Origin: Halorussus marinus
GTDB lineage: Archaea > Halobacteriota > Halobacteria > Halobacteriales > Haladaptataceae
Length of the DNA stretch: 64,000 nucleotides
Reading direction: 5' to 3'
Assembly (NCBI RefSeq): GCF_004765795.1
Contig: NZ_SBIV01000004.1
Coordinates: 248,001-312,000 of the forward strand
The first letter of the stretch is position 1, and each line of letters starts with the position of its first letter. This document shows positions 59,257 through 64,000 of this stretch, one piece after another. Below the pieces are notes generated by a model that worked only from the letters and a program-made list of their open reading frames with translations, did no database searches and was not told the origin of the DNA. Both the position numbers and the translations under genes were made by a program.

Positions 59257-60462
59257 ATGAGTACCGACGCGACCGCGACCGCCGAGTCGTCGATCCCGTG
59301 GCGTTCGAGCACGCTGTACGTCATCCTGTCGAGTTCGCTCATCGGCGTGATGGGCGTCTCGTTGCTCAGTCCGGTGCTCCCGTCGCTCCGATCCGTGTTC
59401 GCGATCTCGGACTCGCAGGTCGGGCTCGTCATCACCGCCTACACCCTGCCGGGTATCTTCCTGACGCCGTTCATGGGACTTGTCGCCGACCGGCTCGGCC
59501 GGCGGCAGGTCATCATCCCGCTCCTGTTTCTGTTCGGGGCGGCGGGCGCGGGCATCTCGCTGTCGAGCAGTTTCGCCGAGGTGCTCGCCCTGCGCTTTCT
59601 CCAGGGGATCGGCGCCAGCGCGCTCGTCACGCTCGCGGTCACGCTCATCGGGGACTTCTACGAGGGCGGACGACGGAACGCGATCATGGGGCTCAACGGG
59701 AGCATGGTCGGGGCGGGCGCCGCGGTCTACCCCCTGATCGGCGGGGCGCTCGCGGGCATCCGGTGGAACGTCCCGTTCCTCTTTTTCGGGACCGCGATCC
59801 TCGTCGGACTCGCGGCGGTGTTTGTCCTCGACGAGCCCGAACAGGGCGAGCCGACCGGCGTGCCCGAGTATCTCCGCCGGATGCGGGACGTGATCGTCCT
59901 CCCCGAGGCGCTGGCGATCTTCGCGGTCATCCTGGTCGTCTTTTTCGTCTTCTACGGCGCGGTCCTCACCGCCCTGCCGCTCCTGTTGAGCGACGAGTTC
60001 GGGCTCGGCTCCGGACAGATCGGCCCGATCCTCGCGATGGTGTCGCTCGCGAGCGCGACCGTCTCCTCCCAGTACGGGCGGGTCTCCCAGTGGCGGACCG
60101 CCCCGGAACTGCTCGCGCTCGGGTTCGTGGCCTACGGGACGAGCCTGCTCGGAGTCTGGCTCGCGCCCTCGCCGATCTTCGTCGGCGCGGCGCTGCTCGC
60201 GTTCGGCGTCGGCTTCGGCGTCGTGATGCCGTCGATCGACACCACGGTGGTCACGCTCGTGTCGGGGGACCTCCGGGCGGGGATGATGGGGATGCGGACC
60301 AGCATGCTCCGGCTCGGCCAGACGCTGGGACCGATCGCGTTCACGTTCGTCGCCGACACCGCGTTCGCCTCGTCGCTGACGGGTTACCGGACGCTGTTGC
60401 TCGTCGCGGGCTGTGTCGTCGCCGCCGCCGGGAGCGTCGGGTACGCGCTGTTGCGGCGCTGA
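59257..60462 (+). CDS. MFS transporter
   Basis: GLVADRLGRRQV motif A, about 12 TM; similar to the 9553-10806 protein. Confidence 0.9.
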   Translation: MSTDATATAESSIPWRSSTLYVILSSSLIGVMGVSLLSPVLPSLRSVFAISDSQVGLVITAYTLPGIFLTPFMGLVADRLGRRQVIIPLLFLFGAAGAGISLSSSFAEVLALRFLQGIGASALVTLAVTLIGDFYEGGRRNAIMGLNGSMVGAGAAVYPLIGGALAGIRWNVPFLFFGTAILVGLAAVFVLDEPEQGEPTGVPEYLRRMRDVIVLPEALAIFAVILVVFFVFYGAVLTALPLLLSDEFGLGSGQIGPILAMVSLASATVSSQYGRVSQWRTAPELLALGFVAYGTSLLGVWLAPSPIFVGAALLAFGVGFGVVMPSIDTTVVTLVSGDLRAGMMGMRTSMLRLGQTLGPIAFTFVADTAFASSLTGYRTLLLVAGCVVAAAGSVGYALLRR

Positions 60463-60522
60463 GACGTCGGCGCCGTCTCGACTCGCCCGACTCCGCCCCG
60501 GCCACCGCGAGTATCGAACCCT

Positions 60523-61665
60523 TCAGAGCGCGTACTCGTGGTACTCGCCCTCGCAGGGCGGGCCGCGCTGGCCCAGCAGTCGCCGGCCGGCGAGGTCGAT
60601 CACGAAGCTCGCGTTCGTCTGGCCGTACTCGACCGCCGGCACCGACTCGTCGACGTGACTGCAGATGCTCGACGGCCGCCCGAAGTGGTCCCGGAGCGCC
60701 GCCTGCACGTCGGCCGGCTCGATCCCCTCCTCGGCCTCGGCGGCGAGCAGTCGACGAAGCCGTGGCCCGCGATACAGCGTGCTCGGGCTCCGGCGCTCGT
60801 TGATGCTCTCGACGGCGTCGGTCTCGAAGTGGTTGGCGTGGGTGAGGACGCCGTCCTCGGGGTAGATCGTGTTGACGAGGTCCGGGGCGGCCTCGAGGTC
60901 GATCACCTCGCCGTCGGCGTGGCCCACTAAGACGTTCGCCGAGCAGACCCGGTCGGTCTCGACGATCGGCCGGAGGGCGTCGTCGAACCGCTCGGCGTCG
61001 AGCACCTCGCGGAACCGGACGTGGTAGGGCTTGCGGAGCGCGTTCGTCCCGTCGCCGTCCGAGATGAGGCCGTTGACCGCGAGGCCGATGCCGTGTTCGT
61101 TGACGCCGATCTTCCCGCCGACGATGCCGGCCTCGGTCATCGCGAGCAGATCGGGGGCGTCGTCGCGGCGCAGTTCCATCAGAAAGAGGTTGTCCGCGAC
61201 CGACGCGAGCCAGTCCCAGTTCTGGCCGACGTAGGTCCCCCCGTCGGCGGTCGCCGGCGGGGCCACCCCGAAGCTCGTACAGCCGTCGACGGGCGATTCG
61301 CCCGATCGGCCGGCCCGCTCGTCGCCGTCGGTCGCCGCCTCGGTCTGGTCTTTCCACGCGGGGTAGATCACCTCCCAGCGGACGTTCAGCATCGCCACGT
61401 CGGCCAGCGGGACGCCGCTTCCCTCGGCGACGCCGCGCATCTCCTCGGCGTAGCCGGGGTTCTCGCGCTCGATGACGTCGACGTACTCGGCGGCGTGGTC
61501 CCGGATCGCGTCGAGGTCGACGCCCTCGTGGGCGAACCGTTCGCGGTACAGTTCGACGTTCGACGCGACGGCGTCGGCGAACCGCTCGCCGTGTTCGCGC
61601 CCGCGCTCGGCCGGCGACCCGGACAGCACCACCCGCTCGAACCCGTCTGTGGGACTCGTTGACAT
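60523..61665 (-). CDS. C45-family autoproteolytic Ntn hydrolase/acyltransferase
   Basis: ERGREHG, EEMRGVAEG, DG/CTSF cleavage site, GQNWDW, GVNEHG, HANHF; start at ATG 61665. Confidence 0.88.
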   Translation of the reverse strand: MSTSPTDGFERVVLSGSPAERGREHGERFADAVASNVELYRERFAHEGVDLDAIRDHAAEYVDVIERENPGYAEEMRGVAEGSGVPLADVAMLNVRWEVIYPAWKDQTEAATDGDERAGRSGESPVDGCTSFGVAPPATADGGTYVGQNWDWLASVADNLFLMELRRDDAPDLLAMTEAGIVGGKIGVNEHGIGLAVNGLISDGDGTNALRKPYHVRFREVLDAERFDDALRPIVETDRVCSANVLVGHADGEVIDLEAAPDLVNTIYPEDGVLTHANHFETDAVESINERRSPSTLYRGPRLRRLLAAEAEEGIEPADVQAALRDHFGRPSSICSHVDESVPAVEYGQTNASFVIDLAGRRLLGQRGPPCEGEYHEYAL

Positions 61666-61922
61666 CGTACGTTCGGTGTTCGACGCGCCGGGCCATAAGA
61701 ATACGTCTCGAAGCAGTCCGCGGGGGTTTTTCGGCGCGGTCGCCTCGAAGTCCGGATTCGCGGGTCGGCGCCGCCGGTCGGCGAATCGCCAGACGCTCTG
61801 GCCGATTTCTACTGGCGTCGGGCGAACTGCCACCTCCATCGGACGAACGACCGGCAACGAATCAGCATCTTTATGCGACGGTCCTGTGCACCCTCGGATG
61901 CACACTATTCGCGTGCGATACA

Positions 61923-62822
61923 ATGCCAAGTGAAGACTCGGAGAGCCGCTGGGCACCCATCCGCACCGCAGGTCGGGTCACTGCCCACGCCAAGACGCAT
62001 CTCACGGTCCTGCTCATCGTCGTCGGGGCCGAACTGATCGGCACCCAGACGTTCGCCGTCGGGCCCGGACAGGTCGTCCTGTTGCCGATGCTGTTCGCCG
62101 TCGTCGTCGGCGTCCTCGTCAGCTACAGCGTCCTCGGTCAGTACGTCGCGCCGCTCCGGAAGATCGTCACCGAGGAGGTGAGCCGGATCAGTAGCCCGAT
62201 GCTCGTGATCGCGCTCATGCCGCTGGGCGTGAAGTACGGCATGATGGTCGGCCCCTCGTTCAGCGAACTGGTTCAGGCCGGTCCGGCGTTCGTCCTCCAG
62301 GAGTTCGGGAATCTCGGGACGATACTCATCGCGCTCCCGTTCGCGCTCGTGCTCGGCCTGAAGCGGGAGGCCATCGGCGGGGCGGTCAGCATCGCCCGCG
62401 AGCCGACCCTCGGCGTCATCACCGACAAGTACGGCATCGAGTCCCCGGAGGGCCGGGGCGTCCTCGGGACGTACCTGACCGGGACGGTACTCGGCACCGT
62501 CTTTTTCGGCCTGCTCGGGGGCTTTGCGCCCGCGACCGGACTCCACCCGCTCGCGCTCTCGATGGCCTGCGGGATGGGTAGTGCGAGCATGATGACCGCG
62601 TGTTCGTCGTCGCTGGCCGAGGCCGTCTCGGCCGTCCCCGAGGACCAACTGCTGTCGTTCGCCGCCACGAGCAACCTCCTCACCGGCGTCACCGGTCTGT
62701 ACATGGTGCTTTTCATCGGCCTGCCGGTCATCACGCGGCTGTACGGCGTCCTCGAACCAGTCATCGGTCGAGGCGACCCGGAGCCGGACGCCGACGCCGT
62801 CCGAGACGCGGGGGGTGACTGA
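61923..62822 (+). CDS. DUF3100-family membrane protein
   Basis: QEFGNLGT, LGLKREAIG, SIAREP, AMACGMGSASM-like LSMACGMGSASM; start at ATG 61923. Confidence 0.78.
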   Translation: MPSEDSESRWAPIRTAGRVTAHAKTHLTVLLIVVGAELIGTQTFAVGPGQVVLLPMLFAVVVGVLVSYSVLGQYVAPLRKIVTEEVSRISSPMLVIALMPLGVKYGMMVGPSFSELVQAGPAFVLQEFGNLGTILIALPFALVLGLKREAIGGAVSIAREPTLGVITDKYGIESPEGRGVLGTYLTGTVLGTVFFGLLGGFAPATGLHPLALSMACGMGSASMMTACSSSLAEAVSAVPEDQLLSFAATSNLLTGVTGLYMVLFIGLPVITRLYGVLEPVIGRGDPEPDADAVRDAGGD

Positions 62823-62824
62823 GC

Positions 62825-63307
62825 GTGTCGAACGCCTCCCGATCCGCGATGGAACTGCCCGAATTCAGCGTCGAGTCGCTCAAGATGCTTCTCGTCGTCG
62901 GCGCGCTCACGCTGACCGCGAACTGGGTCGGCTACGGCATCAGCCCGCTCGACGCCGCCCCGGGCATCGGGCTCGTCGTCGCGATCGGATTCGTCTCGCT
63001 CGTGCTCGGACGCGTGCTCCCGCTCGACCTCCCGTCGTTCGCCTACGCGATGGTGATCGCGTTCCTGCTCGCGATCCCGTTCTCGCCGGTCCAAGGACAG
63101 GTGCTCGCGATGACCGAGCAGATCGACTTCCTGGCGACCACGACGCCGATCCTCGCGTACGCCGGTCTCTCGATCGGGCTCCAGACCACTCGGATGAAGG
63201 AAGTCAGCTGGAAGCTCGTGTTGGTCGCCGTGCTGGTCTTCTTCGGCACCTACTTCGGCTCGGCGCTCATCTCCCACCTCGTTCTGGCGGCCCAGGGGAT
63301 CATCTGA
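62825..63307 (+). CDS. Small membrane protein, likely partner of the DUF3100 protein
   Basis: Highly hydrophobic; FLATTTPILAYAGLSIG, FFGTYFGSALI. Confidence 0.75.
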   Translation: MSNASRSAMELPEFSVESLKMLLVVGALTLTANWVGYGISPLDAAPGIGLVVAIGFVSLVLGRVLPLDLPSFAYAMVIAFLLAIPFSPVQGQVLAMTEQIDFLATTTPILAYAGLSIGLQTTRMKEVSWKLVLVAVLVFFGTYFGSALISHLVLAAQGII

Positions 63308-63344
63308 CCGACTCGTCCCCCGTCGGGCAGTCGTCCGGAACCGG

Positions 63345-64000
63345 CTACTCGGGCGGCGTCACGCCGTGACCCGGCCCCGAGATGCGGTGGGTCGGGCCGC
63401 CGCCGTCGTCGTCGATGACGTCCTCGGCGAGCAGTCGGTTCCCGTCGAGGTCGACGTACGAGAAGGCGCCGGTGCCGGCGACGAGGTGGGCGCTCGCGTG
63501 GATGCCGACCGCGCTCTCGAGCATACAGCCGACCATCAGTTCGAGGTCGGCCCCCCGCGCGATCGCGGCGATGTCGGCGACCGCCAGCGGCCCGGACTTC
63601 CCGAGTTTGGCGTTGATCACGTCGGCGGCCTCCTCGCGCACGATCCGGACGGCATCGGCGGGCGTGAACACCGCCTCGTCGGCCGCGACCGGCACGTCGA
63701 CGAGGTCGCGCGCGGTCGCGAGCCCGGCGACGTCGGCGGCCGGTACGGGCTGTTCGATCAGGTCGAGGCCGACGCCGCGCTCGCCGACCGCGTCGGCGAA
63801 CCGGGCGGTCTCCTTGGGCGTCCAGCCCTGATTGGCGTCGACCTTGAGGGCGGCGTCGGGCGCCGCCTCGGCCACCGCCGCGACGCGCTCGACGTCGGCC
63901 GACACCTCTGTGCCGGTCTTGATCTTGAGGTGGCGATAGCCCGTCTCGACCGCCCGGCTCGCCCGCTCGGCCGCGGTCCCGGGGTCGACGATCGGGATCG
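63345..64000 (-). CDS. Enolase-superfamily dipeptide epimerase (L-Ala-D/L-Glu epimerase-like), 5'-truncated by the window
   Basis: GYRHLKIK (KxK), VDANQGW, IEQP, ADE, NAKLGKSG, MVGCMLES, DLDG. Confidence 0.85.
   Translation of the reverse strand, partial: IPIVDPGTAAERASRAVETGYRHLKIKTGTEVSADVERVAAVAEAAPDAALKVDANQGWTPKETARFADAVGERGVGLDLIEQPVPAADVAGLATARDLVDVPVAADEAVFTPADAVRIVREEAADVINAKLGKSGPLAVADIAAIARGADLELMVGCMLESAVGIHASAHLVAGTGAFSYVDLDGNRLLAEDVIDDDGGGPTHRISGPGHGVTPPE

Overview
GC-rich haloarchaeal (Halobacteria-type) DNA: acidic proteins, Tat lipoproteins, an archaellin, CetZ and a PGF-CTERM protein. It has three parts. (1) 1-10.8 kb: the end of a glmU-like gene, glmS and a DUF4330 pair, interleaved with catabolic genes (CMD-family protein, two M20 hydrolases, a TPP decarboxylase, a MOSC protein, an MFS transporter). 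(2) ~10.9-39.2 kb: a lower-GC, IS-scarred cell-surface island. It carries a bacterial-style repeat-unit glycan pathway (phosphoglycosyltransferase, three GT4s, Wzx flippase, Wzy-like polymerase, nucleotide-sugar enzymes, aglF, two sulfatase-fold proteins) and an STT3/AglB-like transferase lacking the WWDYG motif. These are followed by a co-oriented cetZ / rhomboid-like protease / long orphan archaellin / PGF-CTERM surface protein block. Mobile DNA includes an IS4-family element nested in a decayed IS6 (both with 8-bp target duplications), a 232-bp IS6-type MITE and IS1595 remnants. (3) 39.2-64 kb: uptake and catabolism genes (amidohydrolase, Dpp-type ABC, polysaccharide deacetylase, BMP-type ABC, Ugp-type ABC, HAD, C45 hydrolase, DUF3100 pair, dipeptide epimerase). 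The best candidate for an undescribed system is Wzx/Wzy polymer synthesis coupled to a non-canonical STT3 ligase and neighbouring surface/shape proteins. No CRISPR, rRNA or tRNA was seen. All calls come from motif recognition by eye; no database searches were run.
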